Positions 39,920 through 52,689 of a stretch of 64,000 bases of DNA are shown in pieces (the first letter of the stretch is position 1; each line of letters begins with the position of its first letter). This stretch comes from Camelus dromedarius (lineage: Eukaryota). The notes under the pieces are model-generated. The model saw only the letters and a program-made list of their open reading frames with translations. It searched no databases and was not told the origin of the DNA. Location of the stretch: assembly GCF_036321535.1 (NCBI RefSeq), contig NC_087436.1, positions 42,534,001-42,598,000 on the forward strand, given 5' to 3'. A program made the translations under genes and the position numbers.

Positions 39920-40135
39920 TAGAAAGGTGGCTTAGGAGCCAGACTGAATGTGTTCAAATCTCTGTTCCAATATATTAACGGTATGACTTACTTCCCTCTG
40001 TCTCAGTTTCCTTAATTATAAAATGGAGATAAATAAAGTACCTACTCATAAGGCTGATGGAAGGATTAAATATGTTAATACACACGTAGCGCAAAGAAGA
40101 GCCCAGTACCAGTAAGCCATTCAATGAGTGTTAGA
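39920..40135 (+). mobile_element. MIR SINE
   Basis: ggagccagactgaatgtgttcaaatc...tctcagtttccttaattataaaatggag...ggattaaa. Confidence 0.8.
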
Positions 40136-40784
40136 GTTGGTGAGCATATCACATCCTACCAGGTACTGTGCACGATGCTTTCATAAAATCATCTCATTCT
40201 CCATGCCCAATTCATGTTCTCTAGGGCAAAAAAATGCTACATAGTAATCTGTAATCCCTTAAAGAAAGATATCATGAGGATGGTATTATGTTTATGACCC
40301 TCAGAAAATCTAACATCAAATAATCTTTTAAAAGTTGATAGCACTGGACAGTATGGTATTATTAAATCCTAAAAAATCCTAATGGAGAAATATTCATTGA
40401 ATTCACTTCTTTTCCACAAGTATTTATTGATATGTGCCAAAAATATGTTGAAACTCTGTATGCATAATATTGAAGGGATTTCTTTCAAATAAGCCCTTTT
40501 ATTATATGTCAAAAGTTAAGGTCAAAATAGACTTTCTACCATGTACATGAGATTCATAACTTTTATTTCCAGGAGACTTTTTTTCTCTAGTTTTGGATCT
40601 CCTTTCTAAGAAGCCATTCAACTTGTTTTTTTCCTCACTTTGGTCCCTGGAATCAGTCCTTGTTGGTCTTTCCATTCTCACTACAGGATGGTTCTCTTTT
40701 AGGAAGAGCATCCATTGATCCTGACCCTTTGTTGTCAGGCTTTGTATCATGGTCTGGGTATGGGCAGAGCCAAATTAACCATGG

Positions 40785-41285
40785 CGTGGTGACTGCTGCT
40801 GTATAGCAAACAACACCCAAACAGAGTCACTTTAAATAACAGCCATTTTATTTGCCCATGATTCTTTGAGTAAGCTGGGCAATTCTCCTGGTCTGGGCCA
40901 GCTTGGTAGATCTCTGTGGTTAGAAGTTAACTCAGCTGAGGCTGCTTATCTAGGATGGCCTCATTCATTGCTAGTTAGGTCTATCAAGCTTCATCTTTGG
41001 AATGAAGACATCTCATCTCTGCTTCGTGTAGTTTCCCATCCTCCCTAGGTTAGTTCTGGTTTCTACCCTTAGCATCTCAAGGTTCTGAAAAACAGAAAGA
41101 GCAAAGGCAAGTCCCAAAGTACAAGCACTTTTTAAACCTATGTTTACATTAAGTGTACTTGTGTTTAATTGAACAAAGCAAGTCACATAGTCAAGGAGGG
41201 AAAAATTGATTCCTCCTCTTGATGGGAGGAGCTCAGCAAAGGGCAGCATACAGAAGTGAGAAGAATTTATGACCAGTTTGCACAG
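40785..41285 (-). mobile_element. MaLR LTR (older MLT1H/I-like)
   Basis: gctgtatagcaaacaacacccaaa...ttatttgcccatgattct...aaagcaagtcacat...cctcttgatgggaggag. Confidence 0.7.
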
Positions 41286-41497
41286 GAGGCTAAGCCTAAA
41301 AAAAAAAGTCAAGATATCACTATTATTGCAGAAAAAATGAAATTTTTGGTATTTGAAATTTCAGAAGGCATTAAAGTGGTTATAATGGAAATATCACTAC
41401 TAAGTTGAATTTCCTTATACTTATAATGATATGGGATCTTGATGTTTTAAGTTATATGTGGAACAAAGATGGGCATCAACTTCTTTTCATTACTTAA

Positions 41498-41844
41498 TGT
41501 CTTAGTCCATTTGGGCTGCTATAACAAAATACCACAGATTAGGTAGCTTATAGGCAACATAAATTTATTTCTCACAGTTCTGGAGACTAGGAGTTCAGGA
41601 TCAAAGTCCCAGCATAGTTGTGTTCTGGTGAAGGCCCTCTTCTGGTCATATCCAGCGCTTTCTTGCTATGTCCTTACATTGTGGAAGCAGTTAGGGGTCT
41701 CTCTGGAGCCTCTTTTATAAGGCACTAATCTCCATGAGGATTCCACCTGCAAGGCTTAAGCACCTCCAAAAGGCCCCACCTACTACTACTATCGCCTTTG
41801 AGAGGTTAGGATTTCAACAAATGCATTTTGGGGTGATCATAGCA
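41498..41844 (-). mobile_element. MaLR solo LTR (MLT1A-like)
   Basis: tgtcttagtccatttgggctgctataacaaaatacc...catagca; TSD cttaa/cttag. Confidence 0.88.
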
Positions 41845-43159
41845 CTTAGAAACCCTAGGGATCTTCCCTCAGTCCTCCTTCTCCTCTCTCTTAGTATCCA
41901 TAGTTGATACAGTGTTAGAAGAAGCAGTTTCAGAAGTAAACCTAAAGCTTAACAGCTCATCCTAGTTTTATGGCATCAATAATATTACCATGGATTCAGG
42001 GTACATTCTCAACATTCTAGGTTCAGAAACTCCAGCTCTGTTGCATTATTTCATCCAAGCGTGAGCATATTAGCAATTTATGTGAGAGTAATTTACACTA
42101 ACCAAAACTACAAGAAAGCAATAAAAAAATCAGAAGGTCAATTTATTATTTTGAAGTGTATTTATATTTTCAGTAGCCAGATAGGTTACATTTGCTAGTA
42201 ACGGTAATTGCGTTCTCTTTTCCTTATACTGTGACTACTAATGAAAGTTCAATCAATAAGATACGAATCAAGGCAAATAAATGTGTTGATTCTTAGGAGA
42301 CAGTTCAAGTAGGTCTGAATAGAAGATGGATATCTAGGCTCCAATATGGAGAAAACCTACATATGTTATGTTTTCTCTGTTAAATTTGGCTATATCCTTC
42401 TGGCATGAGATTACCACATGTCAGTGACAATTACATCACAGCCTATCTTACATTGATTACATTTTAGCCTTCAAAAGCTATAGGAGAGAACCTTTAAAAA
42501 GATTAAAAGAATAACTAAACAGCAAGAAAGACTCTGCTGAGACTGAATAGCATGAAATAAAACAGTACTCAGCATCATGGAAGCCACAAAAAGAAAAAGA
42601 GAACTGTTTACCTAAAGTTGGGGTGTGATTGCGCCCATATAGGTTAAAACTCCTGTTTTAGACTCTCATAGAACTATACACACCACCTTCATAGCACTCA
42701 TCATGATTGTAACCATTTTCCCAGTAAACTGCAATCTCCATGAAAGCATGGGCCATGCATGTCTTATGCCTTGTATGTATCTCCAATGGCTGACCAAAAG
42801 TGGGCCCTCAATAGGGGATAGTTGAACGAATGGCAAGGCAGGAGGAAGGAAAGAGCAAAGATGTAAAGACATGAGGGTATCTTTGAAATGAATCAAAAGA
42901 CTGTGAGCTGAGTGAAAGGAAAAATAGTAGATGGGCCTGCCTGAACAAGTTAAGAAAGGAAATGATCATCCACTGAAAGAATGATAACAAATAAAAATAT
43001 ATTTGGTAGGAATGAAATTAGAAGTAGGGCATGAGCAACAATTTCCCATTTTGAGGAATTAGGAGGCCCAAAGTGAAACTGAGCCTAAGGGTGGTTAAAG
43101 TTGAGGTAAGTAGATTGGGGAATTAAAGAAGTTGATAAATCAAAAAGCCAGAAATACTA

Positions 43160-43903
43160 CTCTATACCTAGGCAAGAGGAGCACCTGCCCCAGATCCTAC
43201 CCTGTAAAGGGCCTACTCTCTGGCCCTCCTCCAGTTCTGCTCCTTCCCAGAGAGCAGGAAGCCCACCCAGAGTCCACATGCCCTCTTTTAGATCACATTT
43301 GGAGTGTCTGAGGCCCCAAAAAAGATCCCTTCTCTAGGTCTGTTCTGAGGGTGGACCCCACAGCTATAGTAAGCTCCCAGGATCAAGGGGTAAACAAGAC
43401 AGAGCTGTTTTTGGGGGAGCTTTGGACAGTTTGATCATGTGGTCTGTTGTATCTGCACACTAGGTATCTAAGGGCCTTCTGGTGCAAGAGCAAGGACAGA
43501 AAGAGGTGTGTGAACTGGGGACCACCCAAGCCACAACTAATGACAGGGAACTCTGACAAGTGCAGGAATTATTATCTTGATAGGCTTCAGATCATTTTGA
43601 AGGTGGATATACCCTCCAGCTCTCAAATGATATCTTTGTTTCCCATGTATATTCCTTTGGTCTTTCTATAATATGAAAATGCAGGATATCTAGAGCAGAA
43701 ACAAGTTAGACACCAGCTGAGTTGATGAAGTCAGAGATTTCAAACTGAAGCCAACCAGAGGAATTTATTGTGGATGGGAGAGTAGAACCTATTTTATTTA
43801 ACAATTTATTAGCTTGACTTACAACTATTAAGTATTTAGATATATGGCATATTAGCCTCTGTTTTCAATCTTGACACCAGCTCTGCTATGTTAGGGGTGG
43901 GCC
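43160..43903. mobile_element. Possible hAT-Tip100-type DNA transposon relic
   Basis: GC-richer block from cctaggcaagaggagcacctgcccc to atgttaggggtgggcct; family resemblance is from memory only. Confidence 0.35.
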
Positions 43904-44814
43904 TTTTCACTACGGGTTGCTCTTGGCTGGTGGTGGATTAGTATCCATAACTCTTATTTTTATGTGGAAAGTTAACCAGACTATTCTACAACCACTGGCT
44001 TAGGTTTAGCGTTCCACCCATTCTTTTCAAATGGACACCGACTCATTCATTTACTCAGGAGTCCTCAGAGGCAAAGGGTTTTCTCAAGTCAGAAAAATTA
44101 AGAAAACTGGGAGGAAATGAAGGACCAACACGTATATGTGCTTGATGATGTCAAAACACTTTCATATTTATAATCTCAATTTGGTTTTTAAACTACCCTC
44201 TGAAAGTAGATAGAGAAAGTATTATTTTCTTTCTTGACAGCTGAGAACACTGAAACTCAAAGACCTTGCACCATGGTGGGTAGCAGAACTAGAACCTGAA
44301 TCTAGTCTTCAGATAACCTTTTATTTTTCAAGTAAGGAAAGAAGTAACATATTTACAAAATTTGAGGATATTTTTTAACAAAACAAGATATATGAACCTA
44401 CAGTGAATACATATGTGTAATTTCGCTCTGAGAAGACGTTATAGTACTCTTTGAAGAGACAAATTCTTCCATTTGTCTTCTGTTTTGAAATATGACTTCA
44501 TCTATTTAGCTGGTGTCCAACAGGCTTAAGGCCTGGAAATCCTATACTTTTATTAAAGAGAGAGAAAAGGAATATAAAGGTAAAACAAAGAATATAATTT
44601 TAGGGCTAGAATTCATTTTACTCTTTATTTTTACTTGAGGTCACCAAGGCTCAGAAAATCACAAACAGGTAGAAGGAAGAACTTGACCATGAAACCACAG
44701 CTGATTCAGAACTTCTAGGTTTCCATTCTCTTTGTGTCATGCGAAATTGTCTTCACTCCCTCTACTATAAATAGTGGTCCCATGACTGTTTTCATCAATA
44801 TACCTTTTTTGTTC

Positions 44815-45285
44815 TACTGAATTATTTTCTTAGGATAAGTGTCAAAAAATACTATTACTGAGCTAACACGCTGAGATATTTGTGTGCTTTGTGACATGAG
44901 ATTGTGTTATGTATTGCCATGCTAATTTTTTAAAGGATATACCAAACCAATGCCCTCAGCAAGTGCCAGTTTAACCACAATCTTACTAATGTTATATATC
45001 ATTACCATTATTTTTACTTAGTAAGTATAAAAATGTATGATAGTTTGCTTTACTTTATATTCTTTTTATTACAAATAAGATAAATAGTTTTACTTTCATT
45101 TGATCCACTTCTATTTGCATTAATTGTTTACCCTAATTCTTTACATACTTATTATTGGTGGTCAAAGTATTTTTCTTATAAATTTGAATGAACTCTTTAT
45201 ATGGAAAACATATGATCTCTCTTCTTGCTATAGTATGAGAAATATCTTACCAGTTTATTTCCCTTTAGGATTTAGTTTTGTAATT
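44815..45285 (-). mobile_element. Old L1 fragment
   Basis: T-rich antisense L1 3' sequence (ttttcttaggataagtgtcaaaaaatactattactgag...). Confidence 0.55.
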
Positions 45286-45340
45286 AAATTTCATACTGTT
45301 AAATTTTCTTACTGTTAAAATTTCATACTGTTAAAATTTC
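45285..45340. repeat. 16-bp tandem repeat, about 3.5 copies
   Basis: taaatttcatactgtt / aaattttcttactgtt / aaaatttcatactgtt / aaaatttc. Confidence 0.9.
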
Positions 45341-47454
45341 TGCCCAAATAGCAGGTTTTTACAACTTTGTTTTTATTTCTGTGTCCCTTTAAATTCTGTG
45401 GGCCTAACTTCTCTTGCCTTCAGACTTTTGGAGTCATCCCCAAATAACAAATAGTCTTCTGGAAGCCATATATCACAAAACCTAATCTGAATTCAAAATT
45501 AGGATGCCCAGCCATATATAATTAGGAAAATGCTAACCTTCATTTAAAGTAAATCTTTTGTTCCTTCCCCAGATCAGTACTACTTCAGCCTGGAAACCTA
45601 GAGTGATTCTCTGGTTCCCTGTTCCCTGCCTAGTATTTCCACTCCTCCTTCCCTAGTTTGTTAGCTTCAACTTCTACTCCTCTAGGATCAGTGTGCAGGG
45701 AGAGGTGGCATGGGAATAGGTAAGGGAGTCAAGTAAGTTCCTGAATGACCCCCTGATATATCTGGGCCTGGCAGGTGCTCAGGGGTGACTTTTTCTCACA
45801 TGAGCCCCTCACCAACCTTTGACAATCTTATCTGCAATTCCTTTGACATGGGAACAGGCATCTCTAGGCATATTCTCAAGAGTCAGCCCCTCAGAATGGA
45901 CAGCTACCCATTGATTCTTTTTATGGAAGTCTGCCTGAGCCTGTAAGAGGCCTTCCTGAATAGGACCTGAGACAATTGTAGACCTGCTTCCTTTCACATA
46001 TGGTCCACACCTGTTTCTCAGGGAACACTCAATCATCCTTTGCCCCAGCAAACCTTTACAGAGCTGACCAGCCCCTGTAAACTCTTCTCTTCCTCTGGTT
46101 CATTGGCAGCTGGTCTTTGGGCTTTCTCAAGCAGCAGCCAGACCACAGAATCTCAGAGTCAGTATCTTCCACCTCAGGCCCATGTAGGCAGGTTTAGGCT
46201 TTCTCATGGCACACCAACAACTTTATTAAAATGTCTTCACAAATACTCTCCAGTTTCTACACACTCTGGCCCTTTACTACCTTGGCATGAGTAAGAATTT
46301 TAAGAGTTGTCAAACTGGTTTTTAATAATCTCCTTTGAAAACTGGTATCTTGTTCTGGCATACCTCTTCGGAAAATCCCAGCTTGAAGCTTGGCACCTCT
46401 GTTGAAACTTCTGATTTAATAGTCTGTTAAAAGTATTTCATAATCAATCTTTTACCATTGTGATGTCTATATCACTTCAAAACTGAAAAGAGAATAATTT
46501 CCTCCCACATCTGACATATAGTCAATTAAATTTTCTATTGGGGTTTCTTTTCATTTAAATATATATTTTAAGCTCTCCAATATCAACTAGATATATTTTT
46601 TTTCTCTTGGTGTGTGATAATTATTCATTTTTTTTTAGTATGGTCACATAATTATCCAAATGTTATGGTCATCACTCTGAATGCTTACCCTTTCTCTCAT
46701 TTCAAAAAGTTTATTTTCCCATATTGTTTTCCGATAACATCAGATCCATTTTTGATCTCTTCTTTCTTTCATTAATCAGCATTTAATTATTGTAATACAA
46801 TATGTTCTATTATCTGGTAAGGCTGGGGACTTCTTGTTACTCTTCTTTTGGGGATTGCCTTATGTTGAGTTCTGCATTATCAACAAATTGAAGTTTTGGT
46901 TGAATGACACGAAACTTAGGAAACTGTTGCTTTTAGCCATTGAGTTTTGGAGTGGTTTGTTAAGCAGCATTGTTTCACAACAACTAAGTAATATGCCACA
47001 TACACTATCAAGTAGGTACTATTCTTACCCCCATTTTACAAATGAGAAAAATGAGGCAAAGAGAGATTAACTTATTAGCTAGCAAGTGGTCAGAATGGCT
47101 CCAGAGTACATGCCTTTTACTTTCTTTACAACATTTGGTCCTTAGTTTTGAAGAAAGTTTATTCAAACCATTTATTCCAATTTTTTTTTTATCTCAATGT
47201 AAGTACTTTGTAGGAACTCTACATAGGTCTCATTTAGTCATTCTAACATTTATATTATTGGATGATTATCGGGGGTTTTCTTTATAGATTTTGAACTAAA
47301 ACTTTGTTTTCTTTTCAAACCTACTTTATTCATCAATACTGCAAAATCTTAGAACTCTGCTGTTGTCAGTGTTGGTACACACAGATAGGTAAAAAAACTT
47401 TAGTAAACTAAAGAGTACTTACTTACTGCAGTGAACTAACACCTACTGTGTTCT

Positions 47455-48200
47455 TCATCTCACTGTCCTTTTCACTCTTGACTCTGTTGACCTCCTACTT
47501 CTTGGTGTGCTGGTTCTCTGGCCCTTGGCTATTTGATATTCTATTCTCTTTGATGTCCTTCTCTTACTTCCCACTCCTTTGTGTAACCACTTGGTGTAGC
47601 TCAACCTTGTTTTCCTGACACATAAAGTGGTAATATTAGCACTTATCTGCATAAGTAAAGATACAGTTGTGAAGAGCACTCAGACAGTTCATGGAAAACC
47701 ACATCATAAAATGCTGGCGCTGGCACCATGCCATTACCAAGTAACATTCAATAAATGTTGCCCTCTTTGTAGTTATATTTCTCCTGCTCCTTCTTGATCT
47801 CCTTGTGGACCCTGTTTCATCTTCCCTATCCTTCAATAGTTCTATCCTAGACCCTTTCATGCTCCCATTGTACTCCTTTCCCTGGGAAACTTTACCCACA
47901 CTATCTAGACATGAATGAAATTTTCTGTTCTGCCCTGTTCCCTGGAGTGTAGACCCACATATCCTATCTGCCACACTCCTCCATTGAGATGCTTCACAGA
48001 CCTCAAATTCACCAATACTAAAGTAATTTTTTGCCATCTATTCCACAAACCTGCTAGTTCTTTCATGACTCCTACCATTACACATGGTACCACCATTCAG
48101 TCAATGTCTCCAAACCAGAAACTTGGTATAATCATTCATTCCTCCCTCATTCTTTTCTCTAGTCACCAACTTCTATTGATTTTACTATTTATTATCTTAT
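47455..48200 (+). mobile_element. L2 fragment with an internal MIR (~47625-47770)
   Basis: Pyrimidine-rich L2 ORF2 3' sequence (agacccacatatcctatctgcc...cagacctcaaattcacc); MIR tail cattcaataaatgttg. Confidence 0.65.
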
Positions 48201-48792
48201 AAATTCATACAATTTTTATTCTTTGATTCTTATGATTCTTATATTCTTAAATTCATATGACTGTTATAAATTCATAAAATCCATGGTCAGGAATATACTA
48301 CTTCCTGGATTCCAGGTCAGGCACTTACTCTTACTGATTAGCATTGACTCCGGATTTCACATCTCAGCCCACTGAGACCAGACACCAGATTACTCCAATC
48401 GCAGGTCATCACCTTACACCTTTGGCCCATGCCACAGGGAGAGTACCAGGAATTTTATCCAAAGAAATCACAATGGAGGAGATGGACTTACGACTTAGCT
48501 TTTCCTGCTGGTCTTCCCTTTGAGTGTCTCTAAATCCAGCAATGCCTGCACAGACTGTTGTCCCTGAGTGGGTATTCACCCACCTACTTAGGCTTTAATT
48601 CCTCACCCTTCTTTTCTAGATCCTGGTGGCTTAGCCATATCCCAACTGTACAGAAACTAGGTGCTTAGTCCTCAGATGTTCTGACTATAGACTTACCCAC
48701 CTATTTTTCAGCTGTGTTTCCCATGTTATATTTGGTAGATGGCACCATTATCCATTAAGCAATCGCATTAAAACTTTTTGATGCTTTAGATC

Positions 48793-48960
48793 AGTGGTGT
48801 TCAAAACTCAATACACACAAGAATTACCTGGAAAGTTTTTTCTAACATAGATATTTTCAGACTTTGGATATTTGAATTTACGGTTTGGGTGGAACTGTGA
48901 ATTTCCTTAAAATAAAAATCTTTAAAGGGTTCTTAGAAGCAGCTAGGCTTAGGAACTAAT
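48793..48960. mobile_element. MER5-type hAT-Charlie DNA transposon
   Basis: cagtggtgttcaaaact...agaattacctgga...ttaggaact. Confidence 0.55.
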
Positions 48961-51900
48961 ATAATATTCTAAACAGAAAATTGCTATGTAAATAATACAG
49001 AATTTTATTTACAATTTAAACAATAAAAACAGATTTTTAAATTATAGAAATTATCAGGTTTTTCCATTATAAACTTCTGTTTAAAAGTCTGCTTTCACAT
49101 AAAGATGTTTATAGAATGGAAGAAAGATCCCTTCTTTGACAATTCAGATTTTCTGAGTTTCTAATGTTGAAAACCTTGCTACTTTTGGGTAGCTACATTT
49201 ATACATAATTGAAACTTTAGTGTCTCACCTTTCCTTTATAAATTATTACAGCTTGTTTCAACAGACTTTCAAAAAAAGGGAGGTGATTTTAACTTAATTA
49301 CCAAACCATGTTTTTTAAAGCATCCTACCGGATCTTATTCAGAGACCCGTTGTTTCTTGTGATAATTCAATGGCTCAAAGTAGCCTTAGTTCTATAGTGT
49401 GATAAAAAGTTAATAATGATTAATGAGGAGTTTATTATATGGGATCAATGTTAAGATCTCTGTTTTAGGACAAACATATGTTTTAGACACTTTGTGTATG
49501 AATTTAAACTTGGTGACATCCTTTCATTTTTGTATACCCAAACAAGCAGCAATTAGGATTTTAAATCTTTTTAATAGTCTATAAATCCCTGGATTGACCA
49601 CTGTCACATTCTTTTAAACCTGTATTTAAAAAATAGCTGTATCTTGTAAGCATCTGAGAACATGTTTATTGAAAGCAAATACCTACAGAAGAAAAGAATA
49701 TAGTGTAGCAGGCATGCTGCCCCACTAGGCAAAGCAAACAAACAAATGTTTGGTGTATGCAATTTGTAAGGTAGGGCAATTCTGTCCATTCAAAATGGGA
49801 GGAAATATCTTTATGCTGAAGAGTAACATAAATGTTTCAAAGAAATACTGTGCAACTACCTATTTCACAGCTCATCTGTGATTTTCTTAGCTTCTCTTTT
49901 TACCCCTAGGTTCCTCATATCCACTCCTTCATTCCACCCTCCACCCCTCACCATCCACTACCCTTGGTCTGTCCCCTGAGAAGCCCCAGGCCACACTGTG
50001 TTGACTTATTCTGATCTCCCCTCTCTGGTAGTGACCATCCTGCCAATTTACCCACTCTTTTCTTCTTTAACATTATCCAATCAAAGGACATCCTGTCTTG
50101 TGTCCCTTATTTCTTTGTTCTTTGTGTTCCTTTCTAAACTTTGAATGAATGCCCATCTCCCATCAGATGGCATACTTTCAGGTTAAAATTACAACTCTTC
50201 AAACTTCTACAGACTGAGGCAATTCACTTGCAGCCCTCAATCTCTGTAAATCCCAGAAATGATTTAATAGGATTTAATAGAATATTTTATCATCTTATGT
50301 CTTGTTTAAAGAACCTCATCACTCCTAATTCCCCCAAAATCAAGTTCCAGTCCTTAATGTCAAAGACCCTCAATGTCTGGTGTCACCTGAACTTCCTAGT
50401 ATTATTTCCCAAACTCTTCCAGCACAAATGTGTCTCAGCCAGTTGGTCTTCTCTTTTCTTTTGCCTAAAATGTCCTTCCTTTAACTTCTCCTCCTCCTTC
50501 CTAAATTTCTATCACATTTTATAAAGCATGACTTCAGTTCCCACCTCCTGATTAAGCTTCAACTGAATAATCAGACCACACTAATTACATCTCTAAGCAA
50601 TTCTACTTTTCTTATTTTTAAAAACTGAATCAAAGGTTACCTTTAGTTTTTATATAGTCATTTCTTAACTAGAGGAGTGCCAAAATACACCTAAGATGTG
50701 ATTCCACTAGGGAAACTGATGCCTGAACACCAAAATGCTAGCTCTAAAGTCAGGAAAGAACTCTTTGGTTACAGAGGGTCTTTAACTTGGGATTTCATGA
50801 GGATGTTAAGAGTGTTGCTTAGAGTGCATGAAAACCAATCCTATAGTTAAAAATGTGAATTTTTGTACTTTTATAATATCAGGATATGTACAAGAAAGCA
50901 TAGAGCATTCAACAGCCTCTGATACTGTTCTCAAGTCTTCCTTACAGACATGGGAACAGCCCTTCCCTATTTCCTACTGTGGATTGGGCACCCAGCTGCT
51001 GAATTTTCCTCTTTGAGTTACATGTCATTTGGTCTACCATGGCATGACCATTCTTATTTCTTAGCTCTTATTACTAATTGTAAGTAGTTCTTAGTCTTCC
51101 TTAGCATTAGTCTTATTTACTCCAGAAATGACTTTTTGAGGGCTGAGTCCTGCCTTTCTGTCATAAGTGTGGAGAGTCTGCATTCCTTCTATGGGGATTA
51201 ATAGGATTCTCTGACTCTAGCAGCTGTGTTCTTTCTGTGCTGTGTGGCTGGAAAAGATCTTAAAGCCACTTGTGGGAAGAACAGCTTTTGAAAAACATGG
51301 GTTTTAAAGTCAGACAGATTTCCAAGTCTAAATTTCCTGCAAAAGGGGGATAACAAAGAAAATAATATCTCCCTCAGTTTAAAGGTCACTTCTCAGTACC
51401 ACCTCACCCACTAACCACACCCAGTCTAAGTCAGCTTTCTTTAAAGCTTTAAAATTTCATTAAATTTTGTTCCTTCTCTTTTGAGTATTTGTCTGAATAC
51501 TTATTTGTAGTATTTGTAGTATGTAGTAGTACTGCATAGTAGGTAATGGAGTTTGGGGATAATTAGTTGATGAGTATATTTCTTTCCCACCACAGTGTAA
51601 GTTTCACTAGAACAGAGGCTGTGCCTGACTTAGATCACCATTATGTTCTCAGCCTCTACCACTGGCCCAGCTCCTCAAATACTTGTTGAATCGGTGAATA
51701 CCTTATAAGGTTGGTGGAGAAGGAAAGGAGGTAAACTGTATAAAACACTAAAACAGTATATAAATACTTAAAGCATATATACATATGTTTATCAGTATAT
51801 AGAGTACTGTTGTTAGCACATGGTAAGTATTTTATAAATATTAACTTTCTTTTTTTAACTCTTGTTTGAAATCTGAACTGAAAATGGACCTGTTTCCTGC

Positions 51901-52312
51901 ATAGCCACATGGACACTTCTTGTGTTATATCATTGATTCTCCCCAAATAAAAGTAGCTGGATTGATCTGAATATTTATTGCATCTTTTCTACTCAAGCAC
52001 CTGGTTAGGCCCACAAAACCAGGAGCATTACCTCACAGTGCTTTCAGTCTCCCAATACTCAGTTTACTCATTACATATTTGGTGATTTAATTCACAGAAT
52101 TGCTAAGATCCCATTTCCAAGCAGGACTTGTAAAACTGCCCATTTCTCCACAGACTAACCAGAATGGCCTCAGGGAAGAGAACAGACTAGTAGCAGGCTA
52201 CACATGTTAGCAAAATTAACTGTAAGGAGCACACTGCAAATTTCAAAAGTGTTAAGTTTCCATTTTACAAATGTTTTGCCCAGAAACTTAACAGGAATTT
52301 TAGCAACAGGGT

Positions 52313-52408
52313 AGAATATAACATTGTAAATAAACTACATTTCAATAAAATAAGTAAGTAAATAGATAAATATAAATGTAAATAAATAAATAAATAAATA
52401 AATAAATA
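52313..52408 (+). mobile_element. Extreme 3' end of an L1 with a (TAAA)n tail
   Basis: aacattgtaaataaactacatttcaataaaa followed by (taaa)n. Confidence 0.7.
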
Positions 52409-52689
52409 GCTAAGTGAAATCTAGATTTATGCTTAGGCAACTGGGAGTATCTGACGTTTTTTGTGCCAACACATAGTAGGTGCTCAATAAATAACTTGGA
52501 TAAAGTTGAGGGAGGGAAAAGGGGAAGTCTCGGTGGCTCTTGGCATGAATTACCTCCCCTACTGATCCTATAAATCCCCTTCCTGACTTTGAGCAGGGCT
52601 TTAAAAACCTACAATTCTAGCAAAAGCAGGCGTATCTTCACAATCAGGACAAACTTTTGCTTTACTCCACATAGTTATTTTAAAAAAAC

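Noticed and set aside
45690..46400. Possible old LTR-derived block (similar case at 48290-48650)
   Set aside because: No termini, TSD or confidently recalled consensus.
50260..50281. Micro-duplications such as gatttaatag x2 (also ~1576, ~26408, ~56616)
   Set aside because: Ordinary slippage products with no sign of function.
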